From an uncultured Alphaproteobacteria bacterium (GTDB taxonomy: Bacteria; Pseudomonadota; Alphaproteobacteria; Rickettsiales; UBA998), in NCBI GenBank assembly GCA_963803575.1, contig CAWDMW010000002.1:799509-863508 (forward strand): a stretch of DNA of 64,000 nucleotides. Reading direction: 5' to 3'. The position numbers and the translations under genes were made by a program. The notes under the pieces were generated by a model. It saw nothing but the letters and a program-made list of their open reading frames with translations. It was not told the origin of the DNA and searched no databases. Positions 48,691-57,560 of this stretch are shown in pieces; the first letter of the stretch is position 1; every line of letters starts with the position of its first letter.

Positions 48691-49032
48691 TCAGGATGCG
48701 GACGTAAGCACAGGCGGCGTAAACAAGCTGCCGGAACGTGCATAGGCGGTAATGGCTTTGCCGCCTTGTTCAATCTGATCCACTTTATGACGCTGCTGCA
48801 CCAGTGCCGGACGCATACGGGCAATATACTCTCCCAACGCTTCCTGAATCTGGTGAAGCTTATTGCGTGCTTCCATGCGATCCGCAGGTGGCATATAGGC
48901 CATTTCTATTGTCATGGCATCCTTGCTTGGCATGTCTGCAATAATTTCCGGCACTTGTTGTTGCCAGTCCGGAACCGCAAAGACGGATTCCAGAAAATGC
49001 TGTAGGGAAATAGGGGGTGTTGTCATGGTCAT
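48691..49032 (-). CDS. hypothetical protein embedded in the flagellar hook operon (113 aa)
   Basis: ORF packed between flgE (19-nt gap) and flgK (27-nt gap). No motif recognised. The context suggests a flagellar chaperone or regulator. Confidence 0.5.
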   Translation of the reverse strand: MTMTTPPISLQHFLESVFAVPDWQQQVPEIIADMPSKDAMTIEMAYMPPADRMEARNKLHQIQEALGEYIARMRPALVQQRHKVDQIEQGGKAITAYARSGSLFTPPVLTSAS

Positions 49033-49051
49033 GTCCTAAATATAAGTAAAA

Positions 49052-50734
49052 TTACCGTACTGCCTGAATCAGTGTTTCAAACATTTCGTCCGTAGTGGAA
49101 AGCACTTGTGAGGCAGCAGAGTATGCTTGTTGTGCAACAATCATTTTGTTAAATTCATCTGCCGTGTCTGTTGTGGAAAGCTCCAGTGAGTTTGGCGCAA
49201 TAGATCCGGCTGATCCGTCACCAGGACGCCTGAGGTTCAGGTTTCCGGCAAGCTGATTTTCATCATAGACTGTACCATTAACATGCGTAAGTCCGCCTGG
49301 GTTTGGGAATGTTGCCACCGGAATCTGGTAAATCGTCTGACGCAGGCCATTATCAAAGATGGCGGTAATCAGGCCGCTTTCATCAATTTCATACCCTGCC
49401 AGTTCACCAAAGCGCACCCCGTCCTGATCTACCAGTGATATTTCAATGTTAGGCACGGAAGAATTGGACGAGAATTGTGTGAGTCCGTTTGTCTGGTCAA
49501 TGGTTCCCAGATCAAGCGAGATTGCGGTTTCTGTCCCTGTTAGGAAGTCGTTTGCACCCGTAGATGCAGGCAGTCCGGTGATTTTCAACTGAATGCCGTT
49601 AGGGTCATGAATGGCGTTACCGTCACCATCTGCGTAAGAGAGTGTACCGTTTCCATTAAAGACCAGATCAATCGCACTATCGCCATCACCTGTATCAATC
49701 ACTCCGGTTGATAATTTGTTAGGGTCTCCGGTTAGATATAAATCAGATAGAGTGGCTGTCCAGTCATTGGCTGTGCTGATAGTTTTTGTCCAGACTACAT
49801 CAAAGGAATGGCTGACACCCAATGAATCAAACACTTCAACCGTTGTGGTGTAAGGGTAATTAATAGGTAATTCAGGAGCGGTTGATGTGAACGTTGCGCT
49901 TGCAGGCAGACCACCACCAAACTGTGTTTGGTCGTCAAAGGCAATATCAACGCTGGTTGTGCCCTGCTCGGTAGAGATAATAATCTCGTTAGTAACGGCA
50001 TTGTAGCTTGCGGTGACACCAGCAACCCCATCAATAGCGGTGACTAAAGCCGCTTCATCCGCTATGGTCGTTAAGTCAATCACAGATGGCGGGTTTGCAT
50101 CTACCGTAATGGTGATGTTACCCGAACCCGCATCATAGTTAGTCGCTGCGTTAGCATCTGATAAGGTGAAGCGTCCGGGGGTGTCCTCTACTTGTAAATC
50201 AGCAGGCAGATTGGCGTTTACTTCAATAGAGGTCGTGGCGCTGGCTGTTCCGGTAACCTGCTGAACATTCACCGCTTCCACACTGTTTAAGTCATTACTA
50301 TTGGTTGCAAGAACATTTCCACTTTCATCGGTACGCTGCCCATACAGATAAAACCCTTCATTATTGATAAGGAAACCATCTGCATCAACATCGAAATCAC
50401 CATTACGAGAATAATTATGCTCGTTAGGCTGGTTGTTTGTTCTGTCACTGACCACCAGAAAGCCGTTACCGTTAATCGCAACTTCTGTGGTGCCGCCAGT
50501 ATTTTCAATCAGGCCTTGCTGGGCAACATTCTGATAGGTGTTGCTGATAACGGATCCTGACGTGAAACTAGATACAGTACCAAAGGTGTTGGTAACTAAC
50601 GCTTCAAAGTGAACATCACGTCCTTTGTAAGCGGTTGTGCTGGAGTTGGCGATATTCTCTGATATGGCGGAAAGCTGAACACTTTGGGCTTTCAGGCCAG
50701 CAACAGAGGCGTAAAGGGAACTGGTTAAACTCAT
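49052..50734 (-). CDS. flgE: flagellar hook protein
   Basis: N-terminus MSLTSSLYASVAGLKAQSVQLSAISENIANSSTTAYK and C-terminus FNKMIVAQQAYSAASQVLSTTDEMFETLIQAVR. Confidence 0.9.
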   Translation of the reverse strand: MSLTSSLYASVAGLKAQSVQLSAISENIANSSTTAYKGRDVHFEALVTNTFGTVSSFTSGSVISNTYQNVAQQGLIENTGGTTEVAINGNGFLVVSDRTNNQPNEHNYSRNGDFDVDADGFLINNEGFYLYGQRTDESGNVLATNSNDLNSVEAVNVQQVTGTASATTSIEVNANLPADLQVEDTPGRFTLSDANAATNYDAGSGNITITVDANPPSVIDLTTIADEAALVTAIDGVAGVTASYNAVTNEIIISTEQGTTSVDIAFDDQTQFGGGLPASATFTSTAPELPINYPYTTTVEVFDSLGVSHSFDVVWTKTISTANDWTATLSDLYLTGDPNKLSTGVIDTGDGDSAIDLVFNGNGTLSYADGDGNAIHDPNGIQLKITGLPASTGANDFLTGTETAISLDLGTIDQTNGLTQFSSNSSVPNIEISLVDQDGVRFGELAGYEIDESGLITAIFDNGLRQTIYQIPVATFPNPGGLTHVNGTVYDENQLAGNLNLRRPGDGSAGSIAPNSLELSTTDTADEFNKMIVAQQAYSAASQVLSTTDEMFETLIQAVR

Positions 50735-50755
50735 GGGGGGTATCTCCTGCGTAAA

Positions 50756-51574
50756 TTATAAGATAAAATTGCTTAAGGTTTCGATAATGCCTGAAGAATC
50801 ATCAGACTCACTATCTTCTGTGTTAGCCGCGTTGTTGTTGGCAGCGGCGGCCTGCTGAGCATTCTCAGATAAAGGTTTGGTTGTGTAGGTTGGTTGCAAA
50901 ACGCTCAGAATATAAGCATCGCCAAATTTCAGGCTGCCTGCCTGCATTAATGGATTTTCGCTATCTTTCCCGCTTGTGTCCACTTTATCAACGATCACCC
51001 AAGCACTTAGCGCAGAATCCACCGTGTCACCTTTGCCGGTTTTTGCGGTCATTTCCAGTGTCAGTACATCACCTTCCGCAACCGTTTCAGTAAAGTCATC
51101 TTTCTTTAAAATAAAGCGGTGATTCCCTTCATCCATTGAACCGGACTGGCGGTATACGACGGCACCACTGCTGTCTTTAACTGCAATATCCAAATCACCG
51201 GCATTGGCTGCTAAGCTAATGTTCCATACAGCCGTACCACTTTGCAGCACACCTGTTGGCGCATCAATCTGGATTTCTTTATCCAGATAACTCAAAGCAC
51301 GCTGGCGGTTCTCTGAGGCTTCAATATTATTTTGTATCACGGTGTTATCATTTAAAATCATGACCTGCTCCAAAGTGGAATATTGTACAAGCTGGCTGGT
51401 ATATTCTTCTGTATCTACCGGGTCCAAAGGATCCTGATTTTGCAATTGCGTTAAAAGCAGGTTCAGAAATACCTCCATATCTTCATTGGTACGGCTTTGC
51501 TGCACTTCAGCGGATGTTTCTAATTGTGCGATACCCGGCGAGGAAGCGGCACTATTTTCCAGTATAGTTGTCAT
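50756..51574 (-). CDS. flgD: flagellar hook assembly/capping protein
   Basis: FLNLLLTQLQNQDPLDPVDTEEYTSQLVQYSTLEQ is the FlgD N-terminal signature. AGGAG SD 11 nt upstream. Confidence 0.85.
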   Translation of the reverse strand: MTTILENSAASSPGIAQLETSAEVQQSRTNEDMEVFLNLLLTQLQNQDPLDPVDTEEYTSQLVQYSTLEQVMILNDNTVIQNNIEASENRQRALSYLDKEIQIDAPTGVLQSGTAVWNISLAANAGDLDIAVKDSSGAVVYRQSGSMDEGNHRFILKKDDFTETVAEGDVLTLEMTAKTGKGDTVDSALSAWVIVDKVDTSGKDSENPLMQAGSLKFGDAYILSVLQPTYTTKPLSENAQQAAAANNNAANTEDSESDDSSGIIETLSNFIL

Positions 51575-51627
51575 GATAAAAGAACTCCTGTTAAAAACGT
51601 TCTAAAATGAATTACTGCCCTACCCTA

Positions 51628-51643
51628 TGCAAACAATGTTCCA
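51628..51643 (-). promoter_or_regulatory. sigma54 (-24/-12) promoter candidate for flgD-flgE-orf-flgK-flgL
   Basis: The minus strand reads TGGAAC-ATTGT-TTGCA against consensus TGGCAC-N5-TTGCA, with exact GG-N10-GC spacing. The -12 GC is about 55 nt upstream of the flgD ATG. Confidence 0.5.
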
Positions 51644-51748
51644 ATTTGCTTAACATGCCGCATTTTTTTATGACTTTGAGCATATTGCTGATGAAATGTA
51701 TGTTAGAAATATTTGCATTGCATCCGCACATTGGCTATGACAGAGGGC

Positions 51749-52666
51749 ATGAGTACACAGCCCTTGCCACCTTCTGCGTCAAAGCTTCCGTTTGCTTTTC
51801 AGGATATTATCTTCACGCTACAACATTATTGGGCGCGTCATGGATGTGTGATCTTGCAGCCGTATGATATAGAAGTCGGGGCAGGGACGTTTCATCCGGC
51901 TACTACCTTGCGTGCATTGGGCGAAGCACCATGGAATGCAGCGTACGTACAGCCCTCACGACGTCCGGCAGATGGGCGATATGGTGAAAATCCGAACCGT
52001 TTGCAACATTATTACCAGTTTCAGGTCGTGCTGAAACCTTCACCGGACAATATTCAGGAGCTTTATCTTGGCAGTCTGGCGGCACTAGGCATTGATGCAT
52101 TGGTGCATGATATACGATTTGTAGAAGATGACTGGGAAAGCCCCACTCTTGGTGCATGGGGGCTTGGCTGGGAAGTCTGGTGCAATGGTATGGAAGTCAC
52201 GCAATTCACCTATTTTCAGCAGGTGGGCGGATTTGAATGCCGTCCTGTGACAGGGGAGTTGACGTATGGTTTAGAGCGGCTGGCAATGTATATTCAGGGC
52301 GTGGATAACGTGTATGATCTGGTATGGAACCAACCGATGGAAGGAAAGCCTGTCTGTTATTATCGTGACGTGTTCCACCGCAATGAAGTGGAGGCTTCCA
52401 CCTATAATCTGGAAACCGCTAACACTGATATGCTGTTTCGTCACTTTGCGGATGCAGAAACGGAATGCATGGCAACGCTTGAGCATGGCTTGGCACTGCC
52501 CGCCTATGATTATTGCCTGAAAGCCTCCCACTTATTTAACCTGCTTGACGCGCGTGGAGTGATTGGAGTGACAGAACGTGCCGCATACATAGGCAGAGTG
52601 CGTGGCATGGCCAAAGGGTGTTGCGCTGCGTATATTGAACAGTCAAAAGAAACAAAACAAGAGTAG
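51749..52666 (+). CDS. glyQ: glycine--tRNA ligase alpha subunit (start uncertain, 51713-51749)
   Basis: [42 protein letters not shown]... is canonical GlyQ. Confidence 0.9.
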   Translation: MSTQPLPPSASKLPFAFQDIIFTLQHYWARHGCVILQPYDIEVGAGTFHPATTLRALGEAPWNAAYVQPSRRPADGRYGENPNRLQHYYQFQVVLKPSPDNIQELYLGSLAALGIDALVHDIRFVEDDWESPTLGAWGLGWEVWCNGMEVTQFTYFQQVGGFECRPVTGELTYGLERLAMYIQGVDNVYDLVWNQPMEGKPVCYYRDVFHRNEVEASTYNLETANTDMLFRHFADAETECMATLEHGLALPAYDYCLKASHLFNLLDARGVIGVTERAAYIGRVRGMAKGCCAAYIEQSKETKQE

Positions 52667-52671
52667 AAAAT

Positions 52672-53028
52672 ATGTTATTGACATTACTCAAATGTAAACT
52701 GCACCGCGCAGTGGTTACAGACAGCCATCTGGATTATGAAGGGTCGATTGGTATTGATAAGGCATTAATGGACGCGGCAGGATTATTGTCGCATGAACGC
52801 GTGGATGTGTTGAACATTAATAACGGCCAGCGATTCAGCACGTATGTAATTGAAGCTGCTTCGGGTAGCCACGATATTGTAATTAACGGTGCCGCAGCCC
52901 GACTGGTGCAGCAAGGGGATCGCGTTATTATTTGTGCGTTTGCTCAGATGGAAGCGGATACAGCAGCAACGTATGAACCGACATTAGTGTTATTAGACGA
53001 CCATAACCATATTAAGGCGACACACTAA
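52672..53028 (+). CDS. panD: aspartate 1-decarboxylase
   Basis: [25 protein letters not shown] (self-processing Gly-Ser site)...[10 protein letters not shown]...INGAAARL aligns closely with E. coli PanD as recalled. Confidence 0.9.
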   Translation: MLLTLLKCKLHRAVVTDSHLDYEGSIGIDKALMDAAGLLSHERVDVLNINNGQRFSTYVIEAASGSHDIVINGAAARLVQQGDRVIICAFAQMEADTAATYEPTLVLLDDHNHIKATH

Positions 53029-53029
53029 C

Positions 53030-55093
53030 ATGGCAGACTTGTTGCTGGAGCTACATAGTGAAGAAATTCCTGCCCGTATGCAGGAAGCGGCGTTGACGCA
53101 ACTGCAAAGCCGCATCACTACTATGCTGGATGAAATACGGCTTAGTTACGGTACGGTGCAAGGCTACGTTACACCTCGTCGTCTTGCTGTGTGGGTGCAG
53201 GATGTGCCACAATTCCAGCCGGATCAAACCATAGAGCGTAAAGGGCCTAAAGTTTCTGCCCCTGACAAAGCGATTGAAGGATTCTGTAAATCTGTAGGAG
53301 TTGTTTCACGTGATGCGCTGGAAGTAAGACGTATGGGCAAAGATGATGTGTATATGGCAGTGATGCATCAATCAGGTAAAGCAAGCAAAGACGTTCTGCA
53401 GCAAAGCATTGCATCGTTGATGGCGGATTTTCACTGGCCAAAATCCATGCGCTGGGGAAATTATGACGGTGCATGGGTGCGTCCACTCCGAAGCATTCTT
53501 TGCTTGCTGGATGATAGCGTCATACCCGTTGCATGGGGACATATCACAGCGGGCAATATTACTTACGGTCACCGATTTATGGCACCTGATAAAATTGAAA
53601 TAAACCATCCATCAGACTATGAAGCAAAATTGAAAGAAGCTTACGTAATTGCAGATGCGAGCAAGCGTCAGGCAATGATTGCAGGTCAGCTGGAAGAGAT
53701 AGGTAAAACCCATAATATGGGTGTCAAACAGGATATTGGATTGTTTAAGGAAGTGACCGGATTAGTGGAGTACCCTGTAGCGTTGTTTGGTTCCTTTGAT
53801 GCAGAGTATATGCAGCTGCCACAGGAAGTGTTGGTACTGGAAATGCGCCATCACCAGAAATATTTTGCGGTACTAGACAGCCAAGGGCAGGTTGCACCGC
53901 ATTTTGTGACGGTGTCTAATATTCAGGCGCAGGACGGTGGACGTCATATCGTTGAGGGTAATGAACGAGTGTTGCGGGCAAGGCTGGATGATGGTTTGTT
54001 CTTCTGGGCGCAAGATAGGAAAACTTCTCTGGATGTCTGGGCAAATGCTTTGGAAGGCATGGTGTTCCACCATGCGCTTGGCACGATGAAAGACAAGGTA
54101 GAACGAATCAAGACGTTAGCCGCTTACTTAGCAGTGTTTGTGCCTCATGCAACCATTACGCATGTCTCGCGTGCAGCTGAATTGGCAAAGGCTGATCTGA
54201 CCACCGGTATGGTGGGAGAGTTTCCAGAACTGCAAGGGACTATGGGACGGTATTATGCGTTGGCTGCTGGGGAAGATGAGGCAGTAGCGGATGCCATACG
54301 GGATCATTATAAGCCTGTAGGTCAATCAGATGACTTGCCCGCCTCTGGTGTAGGTACCGCAGTTGCGCTGGCGGATAAGCTGGATACATTGGCTGGATTA
54401 TTTGCAGCAGGTGAACTGCCTACAGGTTCCAAAGACCCGTTTGCCCTGCGGCGTGCGGCGTTAGGTGTGATTCGTATGATACGAACACATGACTTGCGTA
54501 TTCCTCTATCACTTGGTCTTGGTGCGGCATTGGCACCGTTCAAGCAGGCATTTGATACGGAGGCGGCTTACGCATTACTGCATCAGTTCATGATGGATCG
54601 TCTGACCGTGATGTTGCGTGAAGAAGGTATGGCGCACGATGTGGTTGCAGCGGTATGTGCTGTGCATAGCAATGATATCACCGATACGGTGCGTGTGGTG
54701 AATGTACTGGCTGATTTTTTAAACATGCCGCGAGGTGCGGCGCTGGTTGCAGGCTACAAACGTGCATCAAATATTGTGCGAAAGGAAGAGAGCAAAGAGG
54801 GGCGTATCTTTACAGGTGATTACGTGGTTTCACTGATTGAACAGCCGGAAGAAAAAGCACTGGCTGCGGAGTTGGTGCGTGTGTCTGGGTGCATGACAAA
54901 AGACAGAAAAAATGAATCCTACGAAGAGGCGTTTGTGCATCTTGCTGAATTATCGACACCTTTGGATGCATTCTTCGATCAAGTGATGGTAAATAGCGAC
55001 AATGCCGAAGTGCGTGTCAATCGCCTGAACATGTTGGCGGCCATGCGTGCCATAGTGGATGGCATGGCAGACTTATCGCATATTGAAGGCTAA
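53030..55093 (+). CDS. glyS: glycine--tRNA ligase beta subunit
   Basis: MADLLLELHSEEIPARMQ..., YVTPRRLAV and HQKYF are GlyS signatures. 687 aa. Confidence 0.9.
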   Translation: MADLLLELHSEEIPARMQEAALTQLQSRITTMLDEIRLSYGTVQGYVTPRRLAVWVQDVPQFQPDQTIERKGPKVSAPDKAIEGFCKSVGVVSRDALEVRRMGKDDVYMAVMHQSGKASKDVLQQSIASLMADFHWPKSMRWGNYDGAWVRPLRSILCLLDDSVIPVAWGHITAGNITYGHRFMAPDKIEINHPSDYEAKLKEAYVIADASKRQAMIAGQLEEIGKTHNMGVKQDIGLFKEVTGLVEYPVALFGSFDAEYMQLPQEVLVLEMRHHQKYFAVLDSQGQVAPHFVTVSNIQAQDGGRHIVEGNERVLRARLDDGLFFWAQDRKTSLDVWANALEGMVFHHALGTMKDKVERIKTLAAYLAVFVPHATITHVSRAAELAKADLTTGMVGEFPELQGTMGRYYALAAGEDEAVADAIRDHYKPVGQSDDLPASGVGTAVALADKLDTLAGLFAAGELPTGSKDPFALRRAALGVIRMIRTHDLRIPLSLGLGAALAPFKQAFDTEAAYALLHQFMMDRLTVMLREEGMAHDVVAAVCAVHSNDITDTVRVVNVLADFLNMPRGAALVAGYKRASNIVRKEESKEGRIFTGDYVVSLIEQPEEKALAAELVRVSGCMTKDRKNESYEEAFVHLAELSTPLDAFFDQVMVNSDNAEVRVNRLNMLAAMRAIVDGMADLSHIEG

Positions 55094-55094
55094 C

Positions 55095-55158
55095 TATAGT
55101 GATTTTTATTTTTATTTACGCATTTTATGCGTTTTTGAAAATAAAAATAAGCACTATA
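55095..55158 (+). terminator. nested palindrome / terminator candidate after glyS
   Basis: The inner hairpin acgcat-ttt-atgcgt (55118-55132) is followed by tttt. Imperfect AT-rich outer arms run from tatagtgattttta... to ...aaaataagcactata. Confidence 0.5.
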
Positions 55159-55170
55159 ATCTTTTAACAT

Positions 55171-55232
55171 ATAGCATTTTTTTCATTTTTCATAGATCAG
55201 CAACGCTGATCTATGAGAAGTGAAAATGCTAT
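55171..55232. repeat. long imperfect inverted repeat
   Basis: Perfect 11-bp core catagatcagc-aac-gctgatctatg (55191-55215). It is extended by atagcatttt.../...aaaatgctat outer arms. Confidence 0.6.
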
Positions 55233-55236
55233 ACAC

Positions 55237-55281
55237 AAAAAAATCCCTCAATCTTCGTTCCCAGGACGAGGATTAAGGGAT
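55237..55281 (-). terminator. rho-independent terminator of the coiled-coil gene
   Basis: On the minus strand: atcccttaatcctcgt-cctggga-acgaagattgagggat. The 16-bp stem has one G-U and one mismatch and is followed by a T6-7 run. It starts 5 nt after the stop. Confidence 0.65.
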
Positions 55282-55285
55282 ATGC

Positions 55286-56344
55286 TTATGCTGAAACAGA
55301 AGAAAGAATTAATTTCTTCGTTCTCAATCGATTCAACTCTTTAGAGAGTTGAATCGACTGAGTTCTTAAAGCATTTACCAATTCGAGGTTGTCATAAACA
55401 ATCTCGGTTGGACGCGCTTCAAGTTCTTTAACTCGCTTCTCAAGAACCGCTCGTTGGTTCTGACAATTTCCAAGAGCGTTATTGTAACGCTCTTGCATCG
55501 ATTTAAGCTGATTGTTCTCTTTTTGAAGTGCAAAAATATTTTGCACAGATGATTCCAACTCTTCAAACAGAGAGTTTCGTTCGCTAGACAAAGATTCACG
55601 TTCGTTTTGAAGTGAAAACGCAAATCTTTTTAGTTCATTAATTTTTTCTAAATCAGCAAAATGCTGATCCCCGAAGTCTTTGCAAAGCTTAACCAACTCA
55701 TTGTTCTTTTGCTTAGCTTGTCTGTGCTGTTGTGAAATTTTATGAAAAAGTTTCGCTCCAGAAAGTTTGAACTCCTTTTCAGAGAGTTTTTGATTCTCTG
55801 CTTTTAAATCAGCAGAAGTTTCTTTCTCTTTGGTTAGCTCTTGTTGAAGCTTTTCAGCCTCACCAGAAGCATTTTCAAAAAAGCCACGGAACTTTTCAGT
55901 CATTTTGCAGAAAAAATCTTTGTCTTTTTCAAGTGAAATAATTTGCTTTTTAAGCCTATTATTTTCACTCTCGATTTCAGTAACTTTTTCATTCTTTTGC
56001 ATGTGACTTTGGGAAATATTCTTCTCCCAAGACAGTTCTTCATTAATATTAGAAATGTTTATAATCAAGAGGTCATTCTCTTGATTTCTTTCCTCCAACT
56101 GCATTTCTAACTCAATAACTTGCTCTGCAAGTTTTAGGTTGGATTGATAAGCACTTTTTATTGCTCCCAATCTATCCGCTAATTCGCTGGAAGATTGAGC
56201 AAGAATTGAAAAAAAGTTTTTCTTCTGTCTTTCAACCAGAGGCGTTCTGCGATAAGCAGAACGAAGTCTATTGACGTTGTAAACGTCATATCCGCAAACT
56301 ATGAGACAAACGGCGAAAACAATTCCACAAATGGTAGTAATCAT
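55286..56344 (-). CDS. membrane-anchored coiled-coil protein (352 aa), unknown function
   Basis: N-terminal TM helix MITTICGIVFAVCLIVCGY followed by about 320 aa of heptad-like E/K/Q/L/N-rich sequence. The gene is visibly AT-richer than its flanks. Confidence 0.6.
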   Translation of the reverse strand: MITTICGIVFAVCLIVCGYDVYNVNRLRSAYRRTPLVERQKKNFFSILAQSSSELADRLGAIKSAYQSNLKLAEQVIELEMQLEERNQENDLLIINISNINEELSWEKNISQSHMQKNEKVTEIESENNRLKKQIISLEKDKDFFCKMTEKFRGFFENASGEAEKLQQELTKEKETSADLKAENQKLSEKEFKLSGAKLFHKISQQHRQAKQKNNELVKLCKDFGDQHFADLEKINELKRFAFSLQNERESLSSERNSLFEELESSVQNIFALQKENNQLKSMQERYNNALGNCQNQRAVLEKRVKELEARPTEIVYDNLELVNALRTQSIQLSKELNRLRTKKLILSSVSA

Positions 56345-56516
56345 GATGTTAGGGTGCCATTATGGCATAAATGAACGAGGGGTCGATGATACAAGTATCA
56401 TCATCAAAATTTCAGTCTTTACTTTACACCAGCTTTTCAATACTTGCAATCACAAAGTAACAGCTTGCCATTCACATGCAGTGACACATAAGTAATAATC
56501 CTTGTAAAAGTGCAGA

Positions 56517-57560
56517 CTATGACTGTGTGAAAGCAAAGATGTGGGGTGGCTCAAACGTGATGTGCATGATGTCGCCTATGGCCGGGCGCGTGCCGTAAAT
56601 ATGGTGCAGGCGCATGAGTTGCCCTTCTGGCAGATGGCCACTAACCAGCCATCCGGCACCTGTATGAGCAACCGCCGATACACATAGCGGTGCACCTGTC
56701 TCATTGGCACGAGTGGTGCGGATACCTTCCGGTCGGGTCACGATATGCAGTGCTTGTGCGTTTGGCACATGATGTAATGCAGATACAGGCAATTCTCCCA
56801 ATGGCGTAGCAATCATGCCACCTTTGTGGTGGCCTTCCAACACATTAATATGCCCAAAGAACTTTGCCGCTTCTATGTCAGCGGGCTGATTATGCAACGC
56901 GTCAGGGCTTCCGGTTTGGTGGATGCGTCCATGTTGCCCGAGCAACACCATCGTGTCAGCCATCATCAGGGCTTCTTCCGGGTCGTGCGTGACCATAATG
57001 ATGGGGATGTTTGCCTGGGCAAGGGTATGGAGAATATCTTCACGTATGTTACGCCGCATTGCATGATCCAGATTCGCAAAGGGTTCGTCCAGTAACATCA
57101 TCGTTGGTGAAGGTGCCAGACTACGCGCCAGCGCCACCCGTTGATGTTGCCCGCCTGAGAGTTGATGCGGATAACGTTTGGCATAATTAGATAACCCAAT
57201 TAATTCCAGCATGGTTTGTGTAATAGTGTGTTGTTGATCCTTTGGCAAATGGCGAAGGCCAAACCTGATGTTACGCTCAACATTGAGGTGAGGAAACAGG
57301 GCAGGATGCTGAAATACCAGCCCTATGTTGCGCTGACTTGCAGGAATATGCTGCGTTTCACTTGCTAACGTAGTGTTGTTATAAGCTATATCACCTGATT
57401 GTACTGTCTCCAGACCAGCAATGAGTCGCAATAGCGTGGATTTGCCGCACCCGGATGCTCCTACCAAACAGGTGAGTTTCCCTGCTGAAACATCCAGCGA
57501 CACATCTCGCAATACAGGCGTGTTTCCATAAGCATGAGACAGGTTGCGTATGCTTAACAT
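56517..57560 (-). CDS. fbpC: iron(III)/polyamine-type ABC importer ATPase (FbpC-like)
   Basis: Walker A GASGCGKST, signature LSGGQHQRVALARSL, Walker B MMLLDEPFANLD, and a C-terminal TOBE-like domain. The start is at M28 (57560). Confidence 0.8.
   Translation of the reverse strand: MLSIRNLSHAYGNTPVLRDVSLDVSAGKLTCLVGASGCGKSTLLRLIAGLETVQSGDIAYNNTTLASETQHIPASQRNIGLVFQHPALFPHLNVERNIRFGLRHLPKDQQHTITQTMLELIGLSNYAKRYPHQLSGGQHQRVALARSLAPSPTMMLLDEPFANLDHAMRRNIREDILHTLAQANIPIIMVTHDPEEALMMADTMVLLGQHGRIHQTGSPDALHNQPADIEAAKFFGHINVLEGHHKGGMIATPLGELPVSALHHVPNAQALHIVTRPEGIRTTRANETGAPLCVSAVAHTGAGWLVSGHLPEGQLMRLHHIYGTRPAIGDIMHITFEPPHIFAFTQS

Noticed and set aside
56380-56410. Hairpin gatgatac-aa-gtatcatc upstream of the coiled-coil gene as a terminator
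   Set aside because: The stem is only 8 bp with no adjacent U-tract on either strand, and its position does not fit the end of either flanking gene.
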